DNA from: an uncultured Bacteriovoracaceae bacterium
GTDB taxonomy: Bacteria > Desulfobacterota > Desulfomonilia > UBA1062
DNA: 64,000 nucleotides
Direction of reading: 5' to 3'
Assembly (NCBI GenBank): GCA_964618975.1
Contig: CAZUDI010000001.1
Coordinates: forward strand, 2,234 to 66,233
In this document: positions 8,585-17,831 of the stretch, in pieces
How positions within the stretch are numbered: position 1 is the stretch's first letter
Layout: the number at the start of each line of letters is the position of its first letter
Position numbers and translations under genes: made by a program
The notes under the pieces: generated by a model
Database searches by the model: none
The model's input: the letters and a program-made list of their open reading frames with translations, nothing else
Told to the model about the DNA's origin: nothing

Positions 8585-9481
8585 TCACCTGCCCCGGGGC
8601 GCCGAATCCAGGGGCTCCCGGGCCGCCAGCCACGCCGCGGGTATGCCCTCGAGCCCCGTGGAAAGGGCCACGATGCCTCCGACGATGGCGCAGGTGGTGT
8701 CCCGGTCACCCAGGCCCGCCACCGTGGTCCAGAGTGCCTCCTCATAGTTTCCCAGATGACGTGCCGCACACCACAGACAGAAGGGTACCGTATCGACCGT
8801 GGTGACCCGACTCCCGTTGCCCAGCCGGTGCACGGCTTCTTCCACCGGGGCACTCAGGGGCAATTCGAGCGCCTGCTGGATGCCGCGGCGCGTCTCTCCT
8901 GGCGGGGTATATGTAAGCGCGGCCTCGATGATCGTGCGCCCCTCGTCCATCTGCCCCCGCAGGCGACAGGCGCTGGCGGCGGCCACGGCCACGGCCATCG
9001 CCCCGCTGATGCCCTCGGGATGGGCATGGGTTACCGCGGCCGACAAGCCGGCCTGAGCGGCGGCCAGACTCAGATCGTGGCAGAAGAAGGCGCCGAGTGG
9101 CGCCACCCGCATGGCGCTCCCGTTGCCCAAGGAGCCCGCCCCCTCAAAGGCGGCACCGGAGACCTCGCGCCAGTCCTGCCCGCTGGCGATCTGGGACAGG
9201 ATGCGCTCGGCCATTGCGCCGTAGCCGCGCCAGGGCTCGCGCATGAACTTGCCAGCAAAGCTCTTAGCCAGTTCGTCCTGGTCGATGGTGCAGAAACGCT
9301 CCAGCACCTCCACGATGGAGCACGCCATGGCGGTATCGTCGGTATAGGGCCAGGGGGCTGGCGGCAGACGCCGCACAGCGATGTCGTCCGCGTGCCGGAA
9401 GAACTTTTCGCCGAAGGCGTCCCCCACGGAGAGGCCCGCGAGGGCCAGCCGGGCACGTTCCTGGGGGGTGGGCGCCGCCAT
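8585..9481 (-). CDS. ADP-ribosylglycohydrolase family protein
   Basis: The 298-aa protein has an N-terminal GDAFGEKFF motif, a YTDDTAMA motif and an overall DraG-like pattern. Confidence 0.75.
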   Translation of the reverse strand: MAAPTPQERARLALAGLSVGDAFGEKFFRHADDIAVRRLPPAPWPYTDDTAMACSIVEVLERFCTIDQDELAKSFAGKFMREPWRGYGAMAERILSQIASGQDWREVSGAAFEGAGSLGNGSAMRVAPLGAFFCHDLSLAAAQAGLSAAVTHAHPEGISGAMAVAVAAASACRLRGQMDEGRTIIEAALTYTPPGETRRGIQQALELPLSAPVEEAVHRLGNGSRVTTVDTVPFCLWCAARHLGNYEEALWTTVAGLGDRDTTCAIVGGIVALSTGLEGIPAAWLAAREPLDSAPRGR

Positions 9482-9501
9482 GCCTGATCCTCTTCAGGGG
9501 T

Positions 9502-10023
9502 TCATAGCGACCCGTCGAGGTCGTCGGACACATCCCGCTTGCAGACCCGGCAGCGCTGTGCGCCCCGGAAAAGCGGGCTGCCGCAGTCCGGGCAGTGGTA
9601 GCGTTCGCACTCCGCCCGGGCCCACTCCACGCTGCCCTCCTCATCGCCGTAGCGGGCGACCATCTCGCGCCAGAGCGGGATGGTGCGCTGCATCACCCGC
9701 AGCCCTGTGGCCAGTCCGAAATTCTCGACCATGGAGCAGGGCCATTCCTCGCACTGGTGGCAGGAGTAGAAGCCTTTTGTTCTGACACAGTCCCGGATGG
9801 CACACTGGGAACAGTAACCGTAGAGCATCTCGGGCGGATCGGGTTGCATGCACCCCCGGCAGCGCGTCTCATCCGGGCGGGTCCCGTAGAGGTTACCCAT
9901 GACCGCTTTGAACTTGTCGTTGTCATCGCGCGTGGCGATATACACCCCGCATACCCCGCAATACAGTCCGCAGGGTGCCATCAGGTCCCTGTCTCTGAGC
10001 TCTTCCTCCGACCATCCCTTCAT
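9502..10023 (-). CDS. DUF3795 domain-containing cysteine-rich protein
   Basis: The internal start MKGWSEE has a GGAGG SD. The protein has a CGLYCGVCGVY motif plus several further C-x2-C motifs. Confidence 0.65.
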   Translation of the reverse strand: MKGWSEEELRDRDLMAPCGLYCGVCGVYIATRDDNDKFKAVMGNLYGTRPDETRCRGCMQPDPPEMLYGYCSQCAIRDCVRTKGFYSCHQCEEWPCSMVENFGLATGLRVMQRTIPLWREMVARYGDEEGSVEWARAECERYHCPDCGSPLFRGAQRCRVCKRDVSDDLDGSL

Positions 10024-10298
10024 GCTCGGCCTCCTGTAATCGCTGAGGGTCGTATTCCCCGCCGCTGCCGTCTTCAACCTCAATCCAGGGCCGGCCCCTA
10101 ATTTCATACCCCGGGCTTGCCCCAGCTCGCCTGTCAAAATTTAGCGTTCAGGGCATGGGCACGGGTTGTCCCGATAATCTGTCATGCCGGGAAAAATGTC
10201 AAGCCGGGCACTTCCCCAAGTCAGACGCCCGCAAAGATAAGACACAAGTCCCGATCGGCACCGTGCAGCGGATCCAGGCCTCAAGGCCGCAATGTCTC

Positions 10299-10673
10299 CT
10301 AATCGTAGCCGAGCTCGGCCAGCTTCTCCTCGCTGATTCCGAAAAAGTGCGCGATCTCATGCACGACGGTGATCTCGATCTCTTCGGTGAGCTCCTCGGG
10401 GCTCTGACAGACCTCCTCGAGACAGGTCTGAAAGAGGATGATGGCATCGGGGTACAGGGGCGGCTCGGTCAGGGAGCGCTCCGTCAGGCTCACACCCTCG
10501 TAGACCCCCAGGAGAGGTTCCCCCGGAGGCAGGCCCATCTCCAGGAGCAGTCCGCGCGTGGGTCGGTCTTCGACCGAGATGACCACGTTTTTCAGGTGGC
10601 GTCGGATCTCCTCTGGGATGCGGGCGATGGATCGATCGACGATCTGCTCGAAGGCCCTGCGGCTCAGCCTCAT
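10299..10673 (-). CDS. zincin-like minimal metallopeptidase family protein (DUF1025/COG3824-like)
   Basis: The 124-aa protein has an HEIAHFFG (HExxH) motif near the C-terminus. Confidence 0.65.
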   Translation of the reverse strand: MRLSRRAFEQIVDRSIARIPEEIRRHLKNVVISVEDRPTRGLLLEMGLPPGEPLLGVYEGVSLTERSLTEPPLYPDAIILFQTCLEEVCQSPEELTEEIEITVVHEIAHFFGISEEKLAELGYD

Positions 10674-10709
10674 GGGCGCCCCCTTCTCGCCGCCATCGGG
10701 AGGACGCTC

Positions 10710-10973
10710 CTACCCCTGATCAAACCGGAAGCCTCCTGCCGTATCCGGGAAGAGCCCCCCGGCACAGGCATCGAAGCGCTCGCAGAAGAACGTCTGGCAT
10801 TGGGGGGGGCGCTGTGCATAGACCGTGCACCTCCCGGAGGCGTCCAGGTACTCGCAGGCCTGAAGCGTGCAGGTCTCATCCACCTGCAGACTCACCGAGG
10901 CCCCGGTGGGGGGGTATCGCCCGCAGCACTGATAGATCTTGTCGTAGAGGGAGCATTCGTCGCAGGGGTTCAT
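10710..10973 (-). CDS. putative YkgJ-like cysteine-cluster protein (CxxCx..CC)
   Basis: Start taken at internal MNPCDECSLYDKIYQCC; the start codon is uncertain (the ORF extends to 11033) and the SD is weak. Confidence 0.4.
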   Translation of the reverse strand: MNPCDECSLYDKIYQCCGRYPPTGASVSLQVDETCTLQACEYLDASGRCTVYAQRPPQCQTFFCERFDACAGGLFPDTAGGFRFDQG

Positions 10974-11213
10974 AGGGATGCCTGGCCCGGCTGATCCGAG
11001 CCTGAATCGGCCTTGAGAATGATGAACCTGCACATGACGGCAAAGAGCTGGGCCACCAAGCCAAAACCCGGGGTGAGGCAGGTGCTGCGGATGGCCCAGC
11101 GTCTGGGCAGAACATCCTTAAGGTACCAGTGACTGAAACCGCATCTCTTTTCCCGTTCCGGGTCGCCCATCATTTATCTCCCCGCGCAGCGGCAACCACA
11201 GCTTGGACGCGCC

Positions 11214-11606
11214 CTATTTCTTGTCCTTGAAAAGATCCGCGAGTGCGGCGAACGGCTGGTGCGTTGTCGTCGGCCTCCGCTCACGGCCCGTCGCCATTTC
11301 GTCCAGGCCCTGGGCGTCCGTATAGCGTGCGTGCTCATTGTCGTGGCAGTAGACGCACAGCAGTTCCCAGTTGCTGCCGTCCGGCGGATTGTTGTCGTGG
11401 TTGTGATCCCTGTGATGGACCGTGAGCTCACGCAGCTTCCTGCCGGAGAATTCCCGCCCGCAGCGCGCGCAGACCCATGGGAACATCCGCAGGGCCCGCT
11501 CGCGGTAGGTCTGCTCCTTCAATTCACGCTCGCGCCGCACCGTGGCCTTGAACTGCTCCAGTCCGTCGCTGTCCGGGGGTGTCTTTCCGTCCACCATCAT
11601 GCACAC
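11214..11606 (-). CDS. yajD: HNH nuclease YajD
   Basis: The 130-aa protein reads FPWVCARCGREF..LTVHHRDHNHDNNPPDGSNWELLCVYCHDNEH, which is highly similar to E. coli YajD. Confidence 0.8.
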   Translation of the reverse strand: MCMMVDGKTPPDSDGLEQFKATVRRERELKEQTYRERALRMFPWVCARCGREFSGRKLRELTVHHRDHNHDNNPPDGSNWELLCVYCHDNEHARYTDAQGLDEMATGRERRPTTTHQPFAALADLFKDKK

Positions 11607-11818
11607 TCCTTTAAGTGACGTTATACCAATCTCACCGATATGCTTTCAACCCCTATTCCGGCCGGACCTTGCGCGTTTATCCATCCTCCATGCCCCCTGG
11701 GGCCCTCGGATAACCGGCGCAAGCGGGCGTCAACGGTCCTCTGGTTCCACGCGACACCAGACGTCGGCAATGCACCCTCAAACATCCGCGCCTGTCGATC
11801 CCTTCTCCCACCTGTCAT

Positions 11819-12172
11819 TCAACCCATCAGTCTTGCCCGGAAAAGAAAAAAGACCGCTCCCAGCAGGCACAGCCCGGCCCACAGATAGTCATAAGTGAGT
11901 CTTTCCTTGAGAAAGAAGACCGAGAACGGCACGAAAACACTCAGGGTGATCACCTCCTGCAGGATCTTGAGCTGGCCGACATTCATCACCTGGTACCCGA
12001 TACGATTGGCCGGGACCTGAAGCAGGTATTCAAAAAGGGCGATCCCCCAGCTCACCAGGGCGGCGATGACCCACACCTGTTGCGAGAGGTTCTTCAGATG
12101 ACCATACCAGGCAAAGGTCATGAAGATGTTACTGCAGCACAGGAGGAGGACGGTAAAGGCGAATTGTTTCAT
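11819..12172 (-). CDS. DMT-superfamily small membrane protein (DUF486)
   Basis: The 117-aa protein has 4 predicted TM helices and a pattern typical of the DUF486 family. Confidence 0.6.
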   Translation of the reverse strand: MKQFAFTVLLLCCSNIFMTFAWYGHLKNLSQQVWVIAALVSWGIALFEYLLQVPANRIGYQVMNVGQLKILQEVITLSVFVPFSVFFLKERLTYDYLWAGLCLLGAVFFLFRARLMG

Positions 12173-12256
12173 ATAGGCATCATACTGTTACCCAGAAATC
12201 ATGGCTCTCCTGCTGAGACTCCTTCTTCACCTTTTGCAGGCCACAGTCAAGGGTAT

Positions 12257-12345
12257 TTTAATGGCCTGCGGGTCGAACTCCCCGTCGCCTGCAGCGGTAT
12301 AGAGGGTCCTTGGGCTTGCCCTGGTGTTCTTGCCCATGAGGTTCT
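12257..12345. repeat. MITE/REP-like repeat, copy K (degenerate)
   Basis: GGGTCGAACTCCCCGTCGCCTGCAGCGG...GGGCTTGCCCTGGTGTTCTTGCCCATGAGG aligns to copies I and B. Confidence 0.55.
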
Positions 12346-12472
12346 ACAGGGGGGAGCTTTGAGGGGCACAAGGCTCGGGTCCGTCACGATCCGGATGGCT
12401 TAAAGAGCGGCCCGCATCACGAGGCTCCGCGTCCATGAGCTTGCGGGGTTGCTCAGACCGGGCCTTCCGAGA

Positions 12473-13288
12473 CTACGGCCACTGAACGGGTCGGATACCC
12501 ACACATGCCGGCCGTGATTGCAGGATATCCTTCAAGCTGATCTCGGGGTGGTGATAGCGCGCATATCTTGCGGTCTTCCGGCCGTACTGGATCGCTTCCT
12601 TAGGGCACCACTGCAGGCAGGCAAAGCATTGCTGACAGCCGTGCATCCAGACCGGCCGCCCCTGATCGAGTACAATGTTGGAGGTCGGGCACACCTTCTG
12701 GCAGATCCCGCAGTGGTTGCAGCGCTCATCGGCCCAGAACCCCTTGTCCATCCCGGATACCTTCTCGAAGCTCAGCCGATAGATCGCGCTGAAGACGATC
12801 CTCTGCCAGAGGGGGCCCTTCTCGAGCGGCACAACCTGCCTGTCCCTGATCACGGGTACGATGGATGCAATCCTCTCCCGGGCGAGACCAAAACGACGCT
12901 CCTGCTCCTCCCGGGGCCCCGGACCACCCCAGGGGATATAGTTGGAGGGCATGGTGATGGCAAATCCCGCGCCCAGGTTCACACCACGGGTACGCATGAT
13001 CTCTCCCAGCTGCACCAGCGTGTTGGAAACCTGACCGGCATTGACCGCCACCGCGAAGACGTACGCCGGATGAGGCCCCTCCAGGGTTTCGACAAAGCGC
13101 ACAACCGCACCCGGCACCCCCCAGATATGGACCGGGAAGACCAGGCCGATCGTCTCAGCCGTCAGGTCCTGTGCCCCTGTACCTGCCGAGATCGAGACCG
13201 GACTCTCGGCCTCCAGGGCTGCGGCCAGTTCTCTGGCCACCCAGAACGAATTGCCAGTGCCCGTATAGTAGTAAATGCATGTGCCCAT
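12473..13288 (-). CDS. EFR1-family ferredoxin (flavodoxin-like domain + 2x[4Fe-4S] ferredoxin domain)
   Basis: Start MGTCIYYYTGTGNS follows a strong AAGGAGG SD. The C-terminal CNHCGICQKVCP and CQQCFACLQWCP motifs are present. Confidence 0.75.
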   Translation of the reverse strand: MGTCIYYYTGTGNSFWVARELAAALEAESPVSISAGTGAQDLTAETIGLVFPVHIWGVPGAVVRFVETLEGPHPAYVFAVAVNAGQVSNTLVQLGEIMRTRGVNLGAGFAITMPSNYIPWGGPGPREEQERRFGLARERIASIVPVIRDRQVVPLEKGPLWQRIVFSAIYRLSFEKVSGMDKGFWADERCNHCGICQKVCPTSNIVLDQGRPVWMHGCQQCFACLQWCPKEAIQYGRKTARYARYHHPEISLKDILQSRPACVGIRPVQWP

Positions 13289-13475
13289 GATCCCCTCCTT
13301 CATGCGATCCCCCACAAGGAGGACACTTCACCTCTCGTGAAGACCACGATCATAGCCCGTATCTCCTGAATAATACGACCGCGTTATCCCCCGCCACTCT
13401 CATGGTGAGCGATATGGAGAAGAAGGCGCTTGTTACCCCTTTATACACCAGACTCATCCCTCACGCCTACCTCGT

Positions 13476-15158
13476 TTAAAGGCGGGCCCCCTCCGTACAG
13501 GGGCTCACCTGACCTGATGGCGCACCGCCAATGCACACATGCAGGGAAGCCCCCGGCGGCACCATGGGCAGCGCCATGGCACCCTCGTCGACCGGGAGAA
13601 CGAAAATGAAGGGCCCGCGCGTCTGCAGGCAGGTGGCCAGGTCGTCATTCCGAGGCAGGGATCCGGCCGGCAGCCCGAAACTGCGTGCGATGGCCAGGTA
13701 GTCGGTGGGCTTCTCAAAGCGCGCGGCCGTGATGCGGCCGTGATGGAAGAGCGCCTGCTGCTGGCGCACGAGACCCAGATGACCGTTGTCTAGGATGAAG
13801 ACCTTGACGTTGCACCCAAGCTCGGCCAGCGTGGCGAGTTCCTGAATATTCATGAGCAGTGAGCCATCGCCGGTGAAACACAGGACGGTCTTGTCCGGGT
13901 GCATGAGGGCACAGCCGATGGCCGCCGGCAGGCCAAAACCCATGGTGCCGAAACCGCCCGAGGTGATCAGCTGGCCGGCATGCTGGAAGGGAAAGGCCTG
14001 GGTCGTCCACAGCTGATGCTGGCCCACATCGGTGGTCACGAGCGTATCCGTCCCGGCCGCCTCCCCGATGGCGGCGATGACACCCAGCGGCGCACGTTCG
14101 TCTAGCTGCGGGGGATGGGCCTGGCGGATGGTGGCGATCTCGCCTTGCCAGGAGGAGCGGCTGCGGGCAGAGACGCGCGGCACAAGCATGGCGAGCGCCG
14201 CGCGGGCGTCGGCCGTGATCGGGCAGCTCGATGGCCGAACCTTGTTGATCTCGGCCGGATCGATATCGATGTGGATCAGCTTGGCCTGGGGAGAGATCAG
14301 ATCGCTCGGGCTGGTAGCGCGATCATCGAAACGGGTGCCGATGGCAATGATGCAATCGGACCTGCCCAGGATCAGGTTGGTGGCATATTCCCCATGCATC
14401 CCGGGCAGACCGAGACAGGACCTGTCCGAGGACGGAAAGACCCCCTGGGCCATGAGGGTCACAACGGCCGGGATGCAGGCCTTGTGTGCAAGATCCCGTG
14501 CGAAGGCGGCGGCGCCTGCATGCCGAACCCCGCCGCCCACATAGAGCACCGGCCGGCGGGCGGCATCGATCATGGCCGCGGCCCGCGCAATACTCCCGGC
14601 ATGGGGCCTGGGGGGTGCGCCTCTTTCCCCGGGAGATGGCCACCGCTCAATGACTGTCGTCTCGAGCTGCACATCCCGGGGCACATCGATCAGCACCGGA
14701 CCCTGGCGGCCGGAGGCCGCCAGGGCAAAGGCATGCGGGATCAGGTCCGTCAGCTCACGGGCCTGGCGCACGCGCACGGCGTGTTTGGTGAAACCGGACA
14801 CCACCCCGCAGATATCGATCTCTTGGAAGGCATCCGTGCCGATGAGGGGGCGGGAGACCTGACCGGTGATGGCGATCAGGGGCACCGAGTCCCTGGAGGC
14901 GTCGGCAATGGCGGTCACGAGATTGGTGGCGCCCGGGCCCGAGGAGGCCAGGCAGACTGCCGGACACCCCGTCGAGCGTGCCATGCCCTGGGCGATAAAG
15001 GCCGCTCCCTGCTCATGGCGGGCCAGGATATGGCGGATGCCCCCCCGTGAGAGGGCGTCGTAGAGCGGCAGATTGGCCCCGCCGGGGATGCCGGCCACGA
15101 TGTGGATGCCCTGCCGCTCGAGGAGTTTCACAATAATTTCCGCGCCCGTCATTCGCAT
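13476..15158 (-). CDS. ilvB: thiamine-diphosphate enzyme, acetolactate synthase large-subunit type (IlvB/IlvG-like)
   Basis: The 560-aa protein begins MTGAEIIVKLLERQG and shows ALS-family conservation throughout. No ilvN follows, so the exact TPP-enzyme subfamily is uncertain. Confidence 0.7.
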   Translation of the reverse strand: MRMTGAEIIVKLLERQGIHIVAGIPGGANLPLYDALSRGGIRHILARHEQGAAFIAQGMARSTGCPAVCLASSGPGATNLVTAIADASRDSVPLIAITGQVSRPLIGTDAFQEIDICGVVSGFTKHAVRVRQARELTDLIPHAFALAASGRQGPVLIDVPRDVQLETTVIERWPSPGERGAPPRPHAGSIARAAAMIDAARRPVLYVGGGVRHAGAAAFARDLAHKACIPAVVTLMAQGVFPSSDRSCLGLPGMHGEYATNLILGRSDCIIAIGTRFDDRATSPSDLISPQAKLIHIDIDPAEINKVRPSSCPITADARAALAMLVPRVSARSRSSWQGEIATIRQAHPPQLDERAPLGVIAAIGEAAGTDTLVTTDVGQHQLWTTQAFPFQHAGQLITSGGFGTMGFGLPAAIGCALMHPDKTVLCFTGDGSLLMNIQELATLAELGCNVKVFILDNGHLGLVRQQQALFHHGRITAARFEKPTDYLAIARSFGLPAGSLPRNDDLATCLQTRGPFIFVLPVDEGAMALPMVPPGASLHVCIGGAPSGQVSPCTEGARL

Positions 15159-15184
15159 ACGATGCTCCTTCTTTAGGTACGAAA

Positions 15185-15226
15185 TAAAAAGGCCCCCGCC
15201 GGACTTGCCGGCGGGGGCCTTTTTGT
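15185..15226 (-). terminator. rho-independent terminator-like hairpin (GGCCCCCGCCGG-acttg-CCGGCGGGGGCC), A-run one side/T-run other (bidirectional); sits 27 nt upstream of ilvB
   Basis: This is a perfect 12-bp GC stem with flanking AAAAA and TTTTTG. It is a candidate attenuator for ilvB. Confidence 0.6.
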
Positions 15227-15242
15227 CTGTTTGACCCGGGCT

Positions 15243-15323
15243 TCAGCCGGCAGTCCGCATCCCCCTGAGAACGACCAGAAGCAGTGCTGCGCCAAGCTGA
15301 AGGTTGGGTACGTAATTATTCAT
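15243..15323 (-). CDS. putative leader peptide MNNYVPNLQLGAALLLVVLRGMRTAG (Leu/Val-rich) upstream of ilvB
   Basis: This 26-codon ORF is not in the track (under 60 aa). It is preceded by TTGACA-17-TATGGT and followed by the terminator hairpin. Confidence 0.25.
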   Translation of the reverse strand: MNNYVPNLQLGAALLLVVLRGMRTAG

Positions 15324-15330
15324 GCAATGC

Positions 15331-15359
15331 ACCATACGCAACGGTAGCGGATTTGTCAA
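15331..15359 (-). promoter_or_regulatory. sigma70-like promoter TTGACA-N17-TATGGT for putative ilv leader
   Basis: The -35 and -10 hexamers are spaced exactly 17 nt apart, 8 nt upstream of the leader ATG. Confidence 0.3.
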
Positions 15360-15372
15360 AGGTTTTGATTCT

Positions 15373-15527
15373 CAATCGCTTGCGGGGCAAATTCCCTTAG
15401 CACTTGCTGCGGCGGGGAGGGCCCGGCCTCTGTGTGGGTTCTTACCCATGATTCACCGGGGGTCGCCCCTGCTCCTTGCGATCTTAGGGGGTGCCAGGGC
15501 TTGCACCGGGGTTCATCCTCATGATTG
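15373..15527. repeat. MITE/REP-like repeat, copy C (composite, two tandem units)
   Basis: It reads AATCGCTTGCGGGGCAAATTCCC...CCCATGATTCA followed by GCCAGGGCTTGCACCGGGGTTCATCCTCATGATTGAAGG. Confidence 0.75.
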
Positions 15528-15552
15528 AAGGCCCTCTCGTTGAGCTTCCCCT

Positions 15553-16347
15553 TCAGACGGGCTCCCGCAGGTCCCTGGTGGTGAGTGTGCCCTGTTTGTA
15601 CGTAAGCTCCATCAGATCATGCGCCACGATGACGGGACCCCCGTACTCCATCGCACACAGGGAGCGCATATCATGCCCCTCGCAGTCCGGGTAGAGATGG
15701 GTCAGCACCACGGCCCGCACCCCGGCCAACGCGGCCACGCGCCCGGCCTCGGCGGCGCTGAGGTGTCCTGGAATTTCGCCCTGAGGAAATGAGGCCTCGA
15801 TTATGAGCAGTGAGGCCTCTCGGGCAACCTGCACGAGACCCTCGCAAAAGGCGGTGTCACCGGAAAAAACGTATGTCTTTCCCTCTGAAGCCAGTCGGTA
15901 GGCCACGGCAGGCAGATCGCGATGCTCCACGCCTGCCGCCTCGATCGTGAAGGCGCCCAGGGATAAGGTCTCCCGGGAAACTTCGGTGATCTCGAGAGGG
16001 TAACCCCGGGGTTCGATCCAGCGGTATACCTGTCCGAGCGCGGAAACAAAACGCTTAAGTCCGGCCGGTCCGACGATCACCAGAGGGGCCGTTCGCTGCC
16101 AGCCCGGGGTGTAGTTCAGGGCGAAGAGCAGGGCCACCAGGTCCAGGGAGTGATCGGGATGGATATGGGTGAGCAGCACGGCGTCGATCGCACGGTAGTC
16201 CACCCCGGCCATGGCCATGCGCTGCAGGGTGCCGCTGCCGCAGTCCACGAGGATGCGGGTCTCCCGGGCCTCGACAACGGCCCCAGAGGCTCCCCGTTCC
16301 TTTACCGGCACACAGGTACCCGTTCCCAGCAGAATGATCCTCGGCAT
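15553..16347 (-). CDS. MBL-fold metallo-hydrolase
   Basis: The 264-aa protein has an HIHPDH motif (HxHxDH) and a pattern like RNase Z or a beta-lactamase-like hydrolase. Confidence 0.75.
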   Translation of the reverse strand: MPRIILLGTGTCVPVKERGASGAVVEARETRILVDCGSGTLQRMAMAGVDYRAIDAVLLTHIHPDHSLDLVALLFALNYTPGWQRTAPLVIVGPAGLKRFVSALGQVYRWIEPRGYPLEITEVSRETLSLGAFTIEAAGVEHRDLPAVAYRLASEGKTYVFSGDTAFCEGLVQVAREASLLIIEASFPQGEIPGHLSAAEAGRVAALAGVRAVVLTHLYPDCEGHDMRSLCAMEYGGPVIVAHDLMELTYKQGTLTTRDLREPV

Positions 16348-16710
16348 ATGCGTCTTCCTCCCCGGAGTTCAAATATGCAACCACCTGAAGATGGTGCTCG
16401 CAGTATATGCGCCGGCCCGACGGTGCGCAACCGGGGGAATCGTCGCCCGGGGAAATACCACTTTCAGACCATTGATTTCACCATGCTTGTATCCCGGGGC
16501 TCCCACACGACAACGCTTATGGAAGATGCTTGGGCGTTACAGCGGCGACTTGACTTTCAGTGGACGAAACTTACATTCTTCTCTACCATACCGAGCTAAC
16601 GTCTCCGTCAGGGGACCCTGTTATGGAATGCAGCCTTCAGAGCCACATACCTCAGTGACACCGAATAAGCACATATTATTTATGGAATACATACAGATAG
16701 GGAGTGGGTT

Positions 16711-17295
16711 GTGATCAAGTCGTATATGCTGTTTCTGCTGGGCATGACATATTTCGTTGTAACCTTGCCCCCCCCGGGGGCTGCCTGTGTGATGCGGATG
16801 GTGCCGGGCATGCCAGTAGAAGCATCCCTTAAGCCTGGCCGGGCCGACACTGATCCCGCTAAGCAGGCTGTGGAGATCACTCCATCAATCCCATGGGCCT
16901 ACGACATCTCGCGGGATCATGGCGGATGTCTGTCCCAGGCATCAGTGTATCCCCGGCAGGTCCATCCCGACCTGTTTGCCCCTTCTACGTCCGGGAACCC
17001 GGCGCCGGCCTCGCACCCCCATCTCTACCCGGCTGCCCAATCGGCGGCCATCGTTCTGCTCGGTTCGGGTCTCATCGGTCTGTCGGGATTCATCCGGCGC
17101 CCGGTGCCATCCCCCTTGAACAACAGGGATCTCAAACGGTCGGCAGACGGCATCCTGACCCGTGCGAACACCGCCGGCGACCAAAGTCCCGTATATGTCG
17201 CAAGCGGGGAGGAGTGCACCCTCAACCACTTAGGGCCGCATCTCCGGCCGCTGGCGACCGAGAGGGAATTTATGGGGCGTCCCCGGGGAATATAA
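16711..17295 (+). CDS. hypothetical protein with N-terminal hydrophobic segment and internal PEP-CTERM-like segment (uncertain/possibly non-coding or degraded)
   Basis: The ORF is 194 aa and has no SD, and the flanking DNA is lower in GC. The internal segment PAAQSAAIVLLGSGLIGLSGFIRRP resembles a PEP-CTERM anchor but is not C-terminal. Confidence 0.2.
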   Translation: MIKSYMLFLLGMTYFVVTLPPPGAACVMRMVPGMPVEASLKPGRADTDPAKQAVEITPSIPWAYDISRDHGGCLSQASVYPRQVHPDLFAPSTSGNPAPASHPHLYPAAQSAAIVLLGSGLIGLSGFIRRPVPSPLNNRDLKRSADGILTRANTAGDQSPVYVASGEECTLNHLGPHLRPLATEREFMGRPRGI

Positions 17296-17390
17296 TCCTC
17301 ATTCCAACGCTTCCTGCTCACACAAAGGGAGGACCGGGACGGCACCCTGCAGGGTGCCGTCCCGGTCCTTAGGCAGTGGTGACTTCCTGT

Positions 17391-17831
17391 TTAGAGATAG
17401 CGACAATTACCGCCACGCCCCCCGCGATTGTTGTACACCTGCCGCGGCTGCCATTCGGGGGATACCTTCTTGGCCTTGAGGTCATGCTCGATCCTGGCCT
17501 CATCCATGCGGGCTCTGAGCTGGCTGATCTCCCTCTGCAGGGCCCTGGCCTGTTGGGCATCGGGCTCGGCGGAACGCATGACCTCGGCCAGGGCTCCGCG
17601 TTTCTCCCACAGCTGGTCCCTCAGGGCCGCGATTTCTTGCCGGAAGCTGGCGCTCAGTTCCCTGAGCTGACTTAGCTGCTCGTCCGTCAGGTTGCTGTCA
17701 GTAAGGGCCTGACAGCCCTGGCAGTACGTATACCCGGCCCTTTGCTCCCATCTTGGACCGTGGGCAAACAGCGGAACCGACATCAGCCCTACCATCAGCA
17801 GTATCCCGATCATCGCTCCTGTCTTCTTCAT
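17391..17831 (-). CDS. periplasmic Spy/CpxP/ZraP-family protein (LTxxQ-motif chaperone/stress protein)
   Basis: The protein has a signal peptide and LTDEQLSQLREL plus repeated LxxxQ-type motifs, preceded by an AAAGGAGAG SD. Confidence 0.65.
   Translation of the reverse strand: MKKTGAMIGILLMVGLMSVPLFAHGPRWEQRAGYTYCQGCQALTDSNLTDEQLSQLRELSASFRQEIAALRDQLWEKRGALAEVMRSAEPDAQQARALQREISQLRARMDEARIEHDLKAKKVSPEWQPRQVYNNRGGRGGNCRYL

Noticed and set aside
13316-13475. Possible ilvN or small regulatory ORF downstream of the ALS-type gene.
   Set aside because: No ORF with ACT-domain features is present. The 160-bp region has only weak hairpins, so I left it unannotated.
15322-15528. 68-aa plus-strand ORF, and other short ORFs lying inside the dispersed repeat copies.
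   Set aside because: Their sequence is entirely repeat-element DNA (copy C); the same element in other copies has no conserved reading frame.
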